A stretch of DNA of 61,525 nucleotides from Thermoplasmata archaeon (GTDB lineage Archaea; Thermoplasmatota; Thermoplasmata; Lutacidiplasmatales; UBA184), in the NCBI GenBank assembly GCA_021827405.1, contig JAKAVY010000005.1, forward strand, positions 1 through 61,525, in the 5' to 3' direction. The notes beneath the pieces were generated by a model. It saw only the letters and a list, made by a program, of their open reading frames with translations. It had not been told where the DNA came from and searched no databases. Position 1 is the first letter of the stretch. The number at the start of each line of letters is the position of its first letter. The translations under genes and the position numbers were made by a program. Below are positions 1-8,441 of the stretch, in pieces.

Positions 1-955
1 GGTTCGGGGGGCTCGGGTAGGTGTGCACGATGGGGGCGGCCCCGCCGCCCGCCGCGTTGGAGCCCACGAAGACCGTGAACGTGTAGTTGCTCCACGCGTT
101 CTCCGTCACCCCGTTGGAGACCAACGTGGTGGGGACCGCGAAGGTCACCGGGTAGCCCCCGATCGCGGCGCTGGAGGAGGCCGTCACGGTGACCGTGAGG
201 GGGCTGCCGGGGGAACCGCCCGTCCCCGAGGCCGTCCCCAGGGTCACGGGCGCGGTGCGGTTGACCACGTAGTAGGGCGTCCCCACCGTGGTGGTGGGGT
301 TGGTGGGCGGCGAGCTCACCCACGCTCCGAGGGTGACCGTCCCGCCGGGGCGGATCACCGAGGAGGCGGCGGAGGTGGCCGTGGAGTTCGCCACCACCTG
401 TCCCGCGGTCTGGACCAGGTTCCCCAGGATGTCCGCGGTGAAGGATCCGGTGACCGTGACCGGGGCGAGCGCTCCCAGGTTGTCGTGGAGCGCGCCACTG
501 GAATCCGTCGCCACCGCGTAGACATAGTAGGTCCCGGGCGTCGGGTAGGCGTAGCTCACGGTGGAGGTGGCGGTGGTCTCGGAGACCCCGTTGCCGAAGA
601 AGTAGGTGTAAGACGAACCGATGAGGCCGTTGGGCAGCCCCACGCTGATGGGGACCAACTGGCCATTCTGGACGGAGGAATAGGCGACGTTGACCTGGGC
701 ATTGTGGTTCAGGACGGTGGTGCTACTGCACTTGGGGCTGTTGGCCGGCTGACAGGTGGTGACGGTGTTCTTCGTCACGCTCGAGCCGCTGTTGCTGGCC
801 GGAAGGACAAGGTAGGTGCCCACCCCGCTGGCCACCAGGATGATCAGGATGATCATCACGGCGACCACGGTGGCCATGCCGCGGCGGTCCGGCTTGGCCG
901 TCGAGGAAGGGGCGGGGGTGTCAGGGTTCTCGGGGGGAGCGGTTGCGCTCGACAT
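1..955 (-). CDS. Surface/secreted protein with class III (pilin-like) signal peptide and PKD-like domain; partial, runs off the window start
   Basis: Not in the ORF track. My translation from ATG 955: MSSATAPPENPDTPAPSSTAKPDRRG|MATVVAVMIILIILVASGVGTYLVLP...YTYFFGNGVSETTATSTVSYAYPTPGTYYVYAVATDSSG. RRG plus a hydrophobic stretch is a class III signal; FFGNG...Y.YPTPGTY.V is PKD-like; Ser/Thr-rich. Confidence 0.8.
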   Translation of the reverse strand, partial: MSSATAPPENPDTPAPSSTAKPDRRGMATVVAVMIILIILVASGVGTYLVLPASNSGSSVTKNTVTTCQPANSPKCSSTTVLNHNAQVNVAYSSVQNGQLVPISVGLPNGLIGSSYTYFFGNGVSETTATSTVSYAYPTPGTYYVYAVATDSSGALHDNLGALAPVTVTGSFTADILGNLVQTAGQVVANSTATSAASSVIRPGGTVTLGAWVSSPPTNPTTTVGTPYYVVNRTAPVTLGTASGTGGSPGSPLTVTVTASSSAAIGGYPVTFAVPTTLVSNGVTENAWSNYTFTVFVGSNAAGGGAAPIVHTYPSPPN

Positions 956-1323
956 GGTTGCTCTTGCCTGGCGGACCAGGCAGGAGACCGACCCGGAAGC
1001 CGGTATATCCGTACCAGAAACGCTGGGGGGACGCAGGCCGACCTGATAGGGATATGAGGGGTGCCCTGACCCCCCGGGGGCCCGTATATATGTACAAGGT
1101 CGGGACGCCCACCGGCGCTTCCGGGCCTCGCACTTCCCTCATCTTCCGGCCGGTACATTAACCTCCGGTCGGGCGGTCATCCCCGATAGGGAGACCGGGG
1201 CGGCCGGCAGGCATGGGGAGGCATCTCTTCCGTCCGCCCTTCATCGCCCGACAGGTACGCTCCAAGCAGGCGCCTTACCCGTCCTAAGGGGTCGATGCGT
1301 TCCCGCCGGGGCCGAGGGCGCTC

Positions 1324-3645
1324 CTACCGGATGTGGTCCAGCGAGAACGACCCGATGTTGAAGGCCCGCCGGGTGAAGTTGTAGGTGATCCAGGCCCGGG
1401 ACTGGACCTCCCCCAGGCCCTTGACGGAAAGGTAGGTCTTCAACTGGTCCACCTTGAGGTTGACGGACCCGTCCATCAGATGCTCTAAGAGCTGGATGTC
1501 GCTCTCGCTGTGCATCCCCGCGTCCACCACGTAGTAGCTCAGGGCGTGGTCCATCTTGCGCTTTCCCAGGAAGGGCTGGAGGAAGCGCAGGGTGTTGGCC
1601 ACGTCCAGATAGGCGGTGACGGTGCTCACGGACTCGAAGACCAGCCGGTAGTACTCGGAATTCTTGCGGAAGGCGTTGGCGGCCTCGTCCACGGCCCGGG
1701 AGACGTTCTCCAGCACGTTCTTGTCGTCGGCGGAGAGGAGCGTGACCAAAGGGTCCGTGGAGGTGATCCCCAGGCTCATGGAGTAGAGGTCCACGTAGCG
1801 GACCAGGCCCCGCTTCTCGTACTCCGTGTAGGCGGGGAGGATGGCGGTCATCTCCTCGCGGACGGTAGTGGTGGCCTTGTCGGAAAGGATCCAGAGGATC
1901 GGCACCCCCTTCTTCAGGCCCTCCGCCGCCAGGAGCCGCGCCAGGAGCTCCTTCCCGGTGTGGGCCGGACCGTTCACCAGGATGTTCGTGCCCAGGGGGA
2001 CGCCCCCGAAGAGCAGGTCGTCGAGGCGGGGCACACCGGTGCGCACCTTGTTCGCCTCCACCTCCTCCTTCATCTGGGCCCGGGCCTCTTGGAGGTCCTC
2101 GTCGGAGACCTCCCGCTCCTTCTTCTGGAGCTCCTCCAACCGTTGGTGCAGGTAGGTCTCCCGGGTCCTAAGCTCCTCCTCCTTCCGGGAGAGCTCCCCT
2201 TCCAGCTCGGCCAGGCGCTTGGTCTTCATGAGGACCTCCGGGTCCGTGGAGATCTTCTGGGCCTCCGTCAGCTCCCGGAGCTGGCCCTGGAGCGTCTGCT
2301 CCTTGATCCGGAGCTCCTCCTCCCAGTGGATGAGCTCCTTCTCCTTGAACTGGACCGGTTGGAGCTTCCGCTCCATCTCGTCGGCCCGGAGCATGAGCTC
2401 CTCGAGCCGGGACTTGACCCCGCTCTCCTTCAGGGCGAGCTCGCGCTCCCGCGCCTCCAGGTCCGAGAGGCTCTTCTTGACCTCGGCCCCCAGGGCCTTG
2501 CCGTCGAGCTTCGTGAGCTGGGCGTGCCGGTCGTTGAGCTCCTTCTCGGCCTTCAGGTTCTGGACGGTCTCCTCCAGTTGGATGATCCTCCGCCGAAGCT
2601 CCGCCTCCCGTTCCGAGAAGGCCCGCTCCTTCTCCTCCAGCTCCTGCTGGAAGCGGAGGGAGATCTCCCGTTGGGCCCCGGGGCTGGTCCCGGGCTGCTC
2701 TTGGGCCCGGGCGAGGGCCTCCCGGAGTTCCCGGATCTCCCGGTCCCGTTCCCCCAGGAGACGCTGCGCGTCCCCGGTGCTGGCGGAACCCCGGGCGCTC
2801 TCCAGCTGACGCTTGAGCTCCTGGATCTCCGCCTCCCGGCTCGCCAGGGACTCCTCTCGGGCCCGGGCCTCCCGGTTGCGGACGTACTTGATCACCGCCA
2901 CCGAGCCCTTCTTGACGTGCTCCAGCTCCTCTTCCAAGCCCCGTCGGCGGGCCCGCTCGTCATGGAGTTGTCGGGTCAGCTCCTGCGCCTCCCGAAGGAG
3001 CTCCCCCGGCTCGAAGGACTCGCTCCGGGCCTTCTCCAGGACGCCCGTGAGCCAGTTGAGGACCGCCTCCTCCCGCTCCCTAAGGTCCTCGGGGATGGCC
3101 CCGTGTCCGGGGCGACCCCCCCGGGCCCGGGAGGGGGGTGCCCGGGTGGAAGCGAGAGCGTCCGCGGCAGGGGAGGCCGCGGGAGCGGGGCTCCCCCCCG
3201 CGTTGCCAAGGGCCTCGGCGGAGGGCAGGTGAGCGCCCTCCTCCCCGACCCAGGCCTCCAGGACCGTGTCGTCCCCGGCGATCCAGCGGCGCAGCGCGTC
3301 GCTTCCGCCGGGACTCGGTCCCGGGGACCGCCGGCGGGCCCCGCGTCCCTTCCCCCGGGTCTGGGTCCGGGAGGCCAGCCATTTCTCCAGGAGCGCGTCG
3401 CCCTCCCCTCCGGGGGAGCCCTGACCCTTCACCCGTCCTGCCTCCTCCCGGGAGAGTCCCAGCTCCTCGAGCCTTTCCAAGGGGAGCGCTCGGACCTGGG
3501 CCGGGTCCAGATACCCCGCCTCGCAGAGGCGCGCGGAGACCGGCCCGGGAAGGGAGAGCGCCTCCGCGAGCTTCCGTACCGCCTCTTCCCGGCCTGGGGG
3601 ATCCTTCCCCGGGAGGGGTCCGGCCCCGATGGCCGCCTCCGCCAT
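1324..3645 (-). CDS. RecA-superfamily (KaiC/RAD55-like) ATPase domain fused to a long coiled coil
   Basis: C-terminal RTGVPRLDDLLFGGVPLGTNILVNGPAHTGKE...LEHLMDGSVNLK matches the KaiC/RAD55 pattern; about 300 aa of E/K/R/L heptad coiled coil precede it. Confidence 0.85.
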   Translation of the reverse strand: MAEAAIGAGPLPGKDPPGREEAVRKLAEALSLPGPVSARLCEAGYLDPAQVRALPLERLEELGLSREEAGRVKGQGSPGGEGDALLEKWLASRTQTRGKGRGARRRSPGPSPGGSDALRRWIAGDDTVLEAWVGEEGAHLPSAEALGNAGGSPAPAASPAADALASTRAPPSRARGGRPGHGAIPEDLREREEAVLNWLTGVLEKARSESFEPGELLREAQELTRQLHDERARRRGLEEELEHVKKGSVAVIKYVRNREARAREESLASREAEIQELKRQLESARGSASTGDAQRLLGERDREIRELREALARAQEQPGTSPGAQREISLRFQQELEEKERAFSEREAELRRRIIQLEETVQNLKAEKELNDRHAQLTKLDGKALGAEVKKSLSDLEARERELALKESGVKSRLEELMLRADEMERKLQPVQFKEKELIHWEEELRIKEQTLQGQLRELTEAQKISTDPEVLMKTKRLAELEGELSRKEEELRTRETYLHQRLEELQKKEREVSDEDLQEARAQMKEEVEANKVRTGVPRLDDLLFGGVPLGTNILVNGPAHTGKELLARLLAAEGLKKGVPILWILSDKATTTVREEMTAILPAYTEYEKRGLVRYVDLYSMSLGITSTDPLVTLLSADDKNVLENVSRAVDEAANAFRKNSEYYRLVFESVSTVTAYLDVANTLRFLQPFLGKRKMDHALSYYVVDAGMHSESDIQLLEHLMDGSVNLKVDQLKTYLSVKGLGEVQSRAWITYNFTRRAFNIGSFSLDHIR

Positions 3646-3783
3646 GATCGTCGGTGTGTATTACCTCGGGTAAGTCTATATAGGCTTGGTCTCCGCAAAA
3701 CGCCCCCTCTGGGCATGCGGCCCCGGTCCGGGGAAGGCGCCCGCATCGCCAACGGTTTTTCCTCCAGGGGATAGGGGGTAAGG

Positions 3784-4767
3784 ATGCGGGCACGTTGGCA
3801 CCTGGTCTTCTGGCTGGCCCTCTTTGTGGCCTCGCTGCTGGTGGTTCCCGCCCTGATCCCACCCCAACGGGAACCCACCTACACCATCGGCCCCGTTTCC
3901 GTCGGGGACCACTGGATCTACCAGGGGTCGAGCCCCCCCGGGGCCGCCCCCACGGGCGCGCCACCCCAGCTTTACATGAACGTGACCGCGGTCACGGGGG
4001 GGGTCGGGGGGAACCTCACCGAGGTCTCCGAGGGCTTCCAGACCCTTCCCCGGGGGAACCCCTCCTGGCCCTGGCTCAACCTGACGTACCAGGACCCGCT
4101 GGGAGCGATCGTCTCCTTCGGGGTTCCCTGTGGGGCGGGGAACGTCACCGTCACCCCGGAGCGCCCGGTCGTCCTGGGGCTGGGCTTTCCCCTGACGGGG
4201 GCCACGCGGAGCTCCTTCACGGTCCCGGCCCGCACCCAGGGCAACTGCCCGTGGGGGGCCGTCACGCTGGACGGGGCCGGGGTCACCCACCCGCTCCCGC
4301 CGCCCGCGGGAGAGAACTGCGGGCTCTACGTCTGTGACCTCGCCTGGACCTACCAGGTCTCGTACCGGATCAACGTGACCAGCCTGACCGGGACGGTGCT
4401 CTACCCGGTCTCCTTCCAGGGGATCTACGACCCCTCCATCTCGGGATACCGGTCGCTCTCCGCGAGCTCGGAGCGGGGGAACTGGTCCGGGTCCCTGGCG
4501 GTCTCCCAGGCCCCGGCCACCACCGCGTCCCCGCCGTTGTGGCTGAGCCTGCTCGAGAGCCTGGGGGTCGTCCTGCTCGTGCCCCTCGTGGCCCTGGCGG
4601 TGGAGGGGCTTCGATTCCGTCGGAGCGCGCGGCGGCAGGCCGAGGAGGACCGTCGGGAGCTCTCGGAGCTCCTCCCGCCTGGGATGTCGGATCCCTTCCA
4701 AGAGCCGCTAGACGACCTTCCCCCTTCTCCCGAAGATGACCCGGGGCCGGGGCCACCTTCTAATTAA
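3784..4767 (+). CDS. Membrane-anchored extracellular hypothetical protein
   Basis: N-terminal hydrophobic segment, Thr/Gly/Pro-rich domain with several N-x-S/T sequons and Cys residues, C-terminal TM helix followed by RFRRSARR. Confidence 0.75.
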   Translation: MRARWHLVFWLALFVASLLVVPALIPPQREPTYTIGPVSVGDHWIYQGSSPPGAAPTGAPPQLYMNVTAVTGGVGGNLTEVSEGFQTLPRGNPSWPWLNLTYQDPLGAIVSFGVPCGAGNVTVTPERPVVLGLGFPLTGATRSSFTVPARTQGNCPWGAVTLDGAGVTHPLPPPAGENCGLYVCDLAWTYQVSYRINVTSLTGTVLYPVSFQGIYDPSISGYRSLSASSERGNWSGSLAVSQAPATTASPPLWLSLLESLGVVLLVPLVALAVEGLRFRRSARRQAEEDRRELSELLPPGMSDPFQEPLDDLPPSPEDDPGPGPPSN

Positions 4768-4789
4768 AGGGCGTTCCGTCCCCGGTACC

Positions 4790-5836
4790 ATGGACCGCAC
4801 CGAGCGGCTGCACCGGGTCCTCCGCAACAGCGCGGAGGTGCTCGTCCGGGAGGAGCTGGAGGCTCTCCTCGCCCGGGAGGAGCACCCCCGGGCCTACATC
4901 GGCTACGAACCGAGCGGGAGCTTCACCGTCGGCCAGCTGGTCACCCTGGCCAAGGTCCGGGACCTGACGGCCGCGGGGTTCCGCGTCACCGTCTTCCTCG
5001 CGGACTGGCACGCGTACATCAACGACAAGCTCGGAGGGTCCTGGGAACGCATCCGGGCCTCGGGCCGGGCCATGGAGCACGTCTTCCGCGGGCTGGGGAT
5101 CGGCGAGGGCGTGACCTTCCGCTGGGCCTCCGAGCTCACCGGCCGCTCCGAGTATTGGGAGCGGGTCATCCGGGTGGCGAAGGCCATGAGCCTCGCCCGG
5201 GCAAAACGAGCGATCACCATCATGGGGCGGAAGGAGGGGGAGGAGGAGGTGGACGCGAGCAAGCTGTTCTACCCGGCCATGCAGGTGGCGGACATCTTCG
5301 AACTGCCGGTGGAGCTCGCCTATGCCGGGATGGACCAGCGGCGGGCCCACGTGCTCGCCCGGGAGGTGGCGCACCATTACGGCTGGCCCGTGCCCGTGGC
5401 CCTGCACACCCCGCTCGTCTCGTCGCTGAAGGGCGGGGGACGGATGAGCATGGACGACTCCGGGGGCGTGGAGCGAAAGATGTCGAAGAGCGACCCGGAG
5501 TCCGGCATCCCCGTCCCGTCGTCCCGGGAGCTTATCGAGGAACGGCTTCAGAAGGCGTTCTGCCCGGCCAAGGAGGTGGAGGGGAACCCGGTGCTGGAGC
5601 TGGCCCGTTACGTGACCTTGCCCTGGGAGGGCCGGCTGACAGTGCACCGCCCCCCCCGCTTCGGGGGGGATGTGGAGTTCAGCACGGAGGAGGCGCTCCT
5701 CGCCGCCTGGCAGACGGGGGGGCTGCATCCGGCAGACCTGAAGCGCGCGGTGGGGGAGGCCCTGGACCGGATCATGGCCCCCTTAAGCTCCTCCCGTCCG
5801 GGGCCGGAACCCCCCTCCGTAGGGGATTTGGCTTAG
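4790..5836 (+). CDS. tyrS: Tyrosyl-tRNA synthetase (archaeal type)
   Basis: AYIGYEPSG, LADWHAYINDK, YPAMQVADIF, GMDQRRAH, KMSKS, AFCP motifs. Start placed at ATG 4790, downstream of TAATTAAA. Confidence 0.95.
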   Translation: MDRTERLHRVLRNSAEVLVREELEALLAREEHPRAYIGYEPSGSFTVGQLVTLAKVRDLTAAGFRVTVFLADWHAYINDKLGGSWERIRASGRAMEHVFRGLGIGEGVTFRWASELTGRSEYWERVIRVAKAMSLARAKRAITIMGRKEGEEEVDASKLFYPAMQVADIFELPVELAYAGMDQRRAHVLAREVAHHYGWPVPVALHTPLVSSLKGGGRMSMDDSGGVERKMSKSDPESGIPVPSSRELIEERLQKAFCPAKEVEGNPVLELARYVTLPWEGRLTVHRPPRFGGDVEFSTEEALLAAWQTGGLHPADLKRAVGEALDRIMAPLSSSRPGPEPPSVGDLA

Positions 5837-5845
5837 ATGGTCAGG

Positions 5846-5878
5846 ATACGTTAAATATACATTGAGCATACGTTAAAA
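5846..5878 (+). promoter_or_regulatory. TATA box overlapped by three 11-bp-phased direct repeats (candidate operator)
   Basis: ATACGTTAAAT (5846), ATACATTGAGC (5857), ATACGTTAAAA (5868); TTAAATAT at 5851-5858; AT-rich island in a GC-rich context. Confidence 0.65.
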
Positions 5879-5892
5879 CGGAGTTATGGCGT

Positions 5893-6627
5893 ATGTCAGA
5901 GATACGCACCGTGATCCCCGATGAGATCGACCAATACCTGGAGGCCGTGGTACGGACCGGCCCGTTCGCCAGCAAGGCCGAGCTGGTCCGGGCGGCGCTG
6001 GTCTCCTACGCCCAGGAAGCAGGCCCGCTCGCCCAGGGGTTCGACAAGGACCTGCTCTTCTCCCCCGATGGCCGCCTCTACCAGGTGGAGTACGCGCGGG
6101 AGTCCGCCCGGCGGGGTGCGCCGGTGGCCGGGCTCGTGTACGACGGGGGCGTGCTGATCACCGCCGCCTACCGGAAGCAGACCTCGGTCCCCTGCGTGGG
6201 GCCCAAGCTCACCGGGAAGGTCACCCCCGTGGGCGGCTCCATCCTCCTCGCGGGCAGCGGTCTGGTGGCGGACATCGCCATGGTCACGCACGAGCTCGGG
6301 TCGTTCAAGGGGACGACCCCCGAGGTCTGGGCCCAGGCCCTCCGGTCGATCTTCTGGAAGGCCACCCTGGAGCGGAGCCGGAGGCCGCTCGGGGCCTCCA
6401 TGCTCCTGGCCAGTACGCTGGGCGGGAACCCCCGCCTCTTCCTGGTGGACCCGAGCGGCAGCATCACGGAGGCCGACGGCATCCTCATGGGGTCTGTGCC
6501 TGAGGGGGCTACGGACCGGCTCCCGAAGGAGTATCGGCGCGGCACGGCGAAGGAGGCCGAGGCCTTCGCCTCCAGCCTGCTCAAGGAGCCCACGACGCTC
6601 CTCGCCCACCACCATCTGGCCGTCTGA
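5893..6627 (+). CDS. Ribbon-helix-helix domain fused to a divergent proteasome alpha-subunit homolog
   Basis: aa 1-41 MSEIRTVIPDEIDQYLEAVVRTGPFASKAELVRAALVSYAQ (CopG/ParD-like RHH pattern), then FDKDLLFSPDGRLYQVEYARESARRG (alpha-subunit N-terminal signature), SGLVAD, RRPLGASMLLA, PRLFLVDPSG. Confidence 0.85.
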   Translation: MSEIRTVIPDEIDQYLEAVVRTGPFASKAELVRAALVSYAQEAGPLAQGFDKDLLFSPDGRLYQVEYARESARRGAPVAGLVYDGGVLITAAYRKQTSVPCVGPKLTGKVTPVGGSILLAGSGLVADIAMVTHELGSFKGTTPEVWAQALRSIFWKATLERSRRPLGASMLLASTLGGNPRLFLVDPSGSITEADGILMGSVPEGATDRLPKEYRRGTAKEAEAFASSLLKEPTTLLAHHHLAV

Positions 6628-6692
6628 CCTCGGGCGACGGGGCGCCTGGTGGGCCTTCCACGAGCGTTAAATACGGGGGCCGGTACGCGGCC

Positions 6693-6745
6693 GGGCCCGT
6701 GAGCCGAGGAACCCCCCTGCGGGGTCCCGCTGACGCGAGGTGACC
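6693..6745 (+). promoter_or_regulatory. Double kink-turn in the rpl7ae 5' leader, covering the SD sequence
   Basis: GCC-CGU-GA-GCC-GA-GGAACCCC-loop-GGGGUCCC-GCU-GA-CGC-GA-GGU folds into two K-turns (3-nt bulge plus tandem G.A pairs); TATA TTAAATA at 6667-6673; SD GAGGTGA at 6737-6743. Confidence 0.8.
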
Positions 6746-7117
6746 ATGGCGAAAGCAGTCTTCATCCGGTTCGAGACCCCCACGGACGTCGCCGACAAGG
6801 CCCTTCAGTTGGTCCAGGTGGCCCGGGAGACCGGGAAGATCCGGGTCGGGACCAACGAGGTCACCAAGAGCTCCGAACGCTCCGAGGCGAAGCTCGTCCT
6901 CTTGGCGGAGGACGTGGACCCGGCGGAGATCCTGATCCATCTCCCCATGCTCTGCGAAGAGAAGCGGATCCCCTACCTCTACGTGCCGAAGCGGCAACGC
7001 CTGGGCCAGATGGCGGGGCTCACCAAGTCCGCCGCCAGCGTGGCCGTCGTCGAGCCCGGCCAGGGGAAACCCCTCCTGGACGAGCTCTCCCAGACCTTCG
7101 TGACCTTGAAGAAGTGA
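6746..7117 (+). CDS. rpl7ae: 50S ribosomal protein L7Ae
   Basis: GKIRVGTNEVTKSSERSEAKLVLLAEDVDPAEI..HLP.LCEEK.IPY signature. Confidence 0.97.
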   Translation: MAKAVFIRFETPTDVADKALQLVQVARETGKIRVGTNEVTKSSERSEAKLVLLAEDVDPAEILIHLPMLCEEKRIPYLYVPKRQRLGQMAGLTKSAASVAVVEPGQGKPLLDELSQTFVTLKK

Positions 7118-7146
7118 ACTTACCGTAGGAAGCCGGGCTCAAGAGC

Positions 7147-7359
7147 ATGGCAGACGACAAGGGCTCCCCCTCCGAGGTGGTGGAGCTGGTGGGACGCACC
7201 GGGATGGCCGGGGAGGCCACCCAGGTCAAGGTCCGGGTCCTCGCCGGGCGGGACCGGGGGAAGATCATCACGCGGAACGTCATGGGCCCGGTCCGGGTGG
7301 GCGACGTGCTCATCCTGAGGGAGACCGCCCGGGAAGCGCGTAAGCTCTCGGTGCGCTGA
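7147..7359 (+). CDS. rps28e: 30S ribosomal protein S28e
   Basis: [44 protein letters not shown]. Confidence 0.97.
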   Translation: MADDKGSPSEVVELVGRTGMAGEATQVKVRVLAGRDRGKIITRNVMGPVRVGDVLILRETAREARKLSVR

Positions 7360-7384
7360 AGGGAGGACCCGTCGGGGATCGATC

Positions 7385-7843
7385 ATGGTGGTGAAGCGCC
7401 AGTGCGCGTTCTGCGCCGGGGAGATCGAACCCGGGCGCGGGCTCATGTTCGTCAAGCGTGATGGGAGCGTCTTCTACTTCTGCTCCGGGACCTGCCGGAA
7501 GCACCAGGTCACCTATCACCGGGTGGGGCACCGGCTCAAGTGGACCCGGGCCCATTCGTTGCGGAAGCTCTCCACCCGGGTCTCCACCCCGATCCCCACC
7601 GCCGTCCCGAAGCCCAAGGCCCCTCCGCCCGCGGAGGTCCCGGCGAGCCCTGCCGCTGCCCCCTCGGAGCCTGCCGCTCCCCCGGAGAGCGCCCCGGCCG
7701 CCTCGTCCGGACCGGCGCCGGGGCCCCCCGCAGCAGCCCCCCCTTCCCCTCCCGCGGGGGAGAAGGGCGGGAAGACCCCCCGGGCCCGGGCCCCCAAGAA
7801 GGCCCCTTCTCCGGCCCCGGAGAAGAAAGCCCCTCCCCCGTGA
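7385..7843 (+). CDS. rpl24e: 50S ribosomal protein L24e with Pro/Ala-rich C-terminal extension
   Basis: CAFCAGEIEPGRGLMFVKRDGSVFYFCSGTC...LKWT; conserved L7Ae-S28e-L24e gene order. Confidence 0.95.
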   Translation: MVVKRQCAFCAGEIEPGRGLMFVKRDGSVFYFCSGTCRKHQVTYHRVGHRLKWTRAHSLRKLSTRVSTPIPTAVPKPKAPPPAEVPASPAAAPSEPAAPPESAPAASSGPAPGPPAAAPPSPPAGEKGGKTPRARAPKKAPSPAPEKKAPPP

Positions 7844-7868
7844 GGGTCCCGGCCCCCGTCGACCCGGC

Positions 7869-8300
7869 TCAGGCCGGCATCAGGGCGATCTCGTTGCCGT
7901 CCGGGTCGGCCACCACGGCATAGGTCCCCCAATCGGCCTTCGTCGGAGGGGTCGAGAAGGTCACGCCCGCGGCCTCCAGGGCCTGGCAGGCCCTCTCGAA
8001 GTTGCCCTTGACCCGGAGCAAGATGCCAGTGTTGCCCGGCTCCAGGGTCGCGCCCTCCCCGGCCTCGGAGACCAGGCACAGGTGGATGGCCCCGCCGAGG
8101 CCGCGGCCTCCCACGGTCACCCAGTGGTCCTCGTCCGCCAGGACCGACAGCCCCAGGTGGTCCCGGTACCAGGCCTTGGCCCGCTCCCGGTCGGAGACCA
8201 GGACGGCGACGCTGTTCATCCAGAGCGACGGCTTTCCGCTCGGGGTCTTCCTCTTCGCTTTCGTCCTCTTCGTCTTCTTCGGTTTCGACCGGGTGGGCAT
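7869..8300 (-). CDS. VOC/glyoxalase family protein
   Basis: VAVLVSDRERAKAWYRDHLGL...WGTYAVVADPDGNEIAL; start set to ATG 8300. Confidence 0.88.
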   Translation of the reverse strand: MPTRSKPKKTKRTKAKRKTPSGKPSLWMNSVAVLVSDRERAKAWYRDHLGLSVLADEDHWVTVGGRGLGGAIHLCLVSEAGEGATLEPGNTGILLRVKGNFERACQALEAAGVTFSTPPTKADWGTYAVVADPDGNEIALMPA

Positions 8301-8441
8301 GTCCGTTCCCCCATCCCCCGGAGCGGAGGTCCCTATTTGACCGTCGGTGGGAGGGGATGAAACACTTCCCCGCGGGGGCGTTTCCTCGCCCGTTTCCACT
8401 CGAGGGCCACAGGCTTAAGCCAGGGAGCCCCGCCCACCCAC

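Noticed and set aside
960..1323. Intergenic region considered as SRP RNA or RNase P RNA
   Set aside because: No SRP helix-8 motif or RNase P P4 consensus found on either strand; only TATA-like elements.
1510..3774. Long antisense/alternate-frame ORFs (e.g. 1510-3774+, 15160-17286+, 22692-25823-, 27417-29822+, 42119-44239+)
   Set aside because: Shadow ORFs of real genes in very GC-rich DNA; Arg/Gly/Pro-rich with no family motifs.
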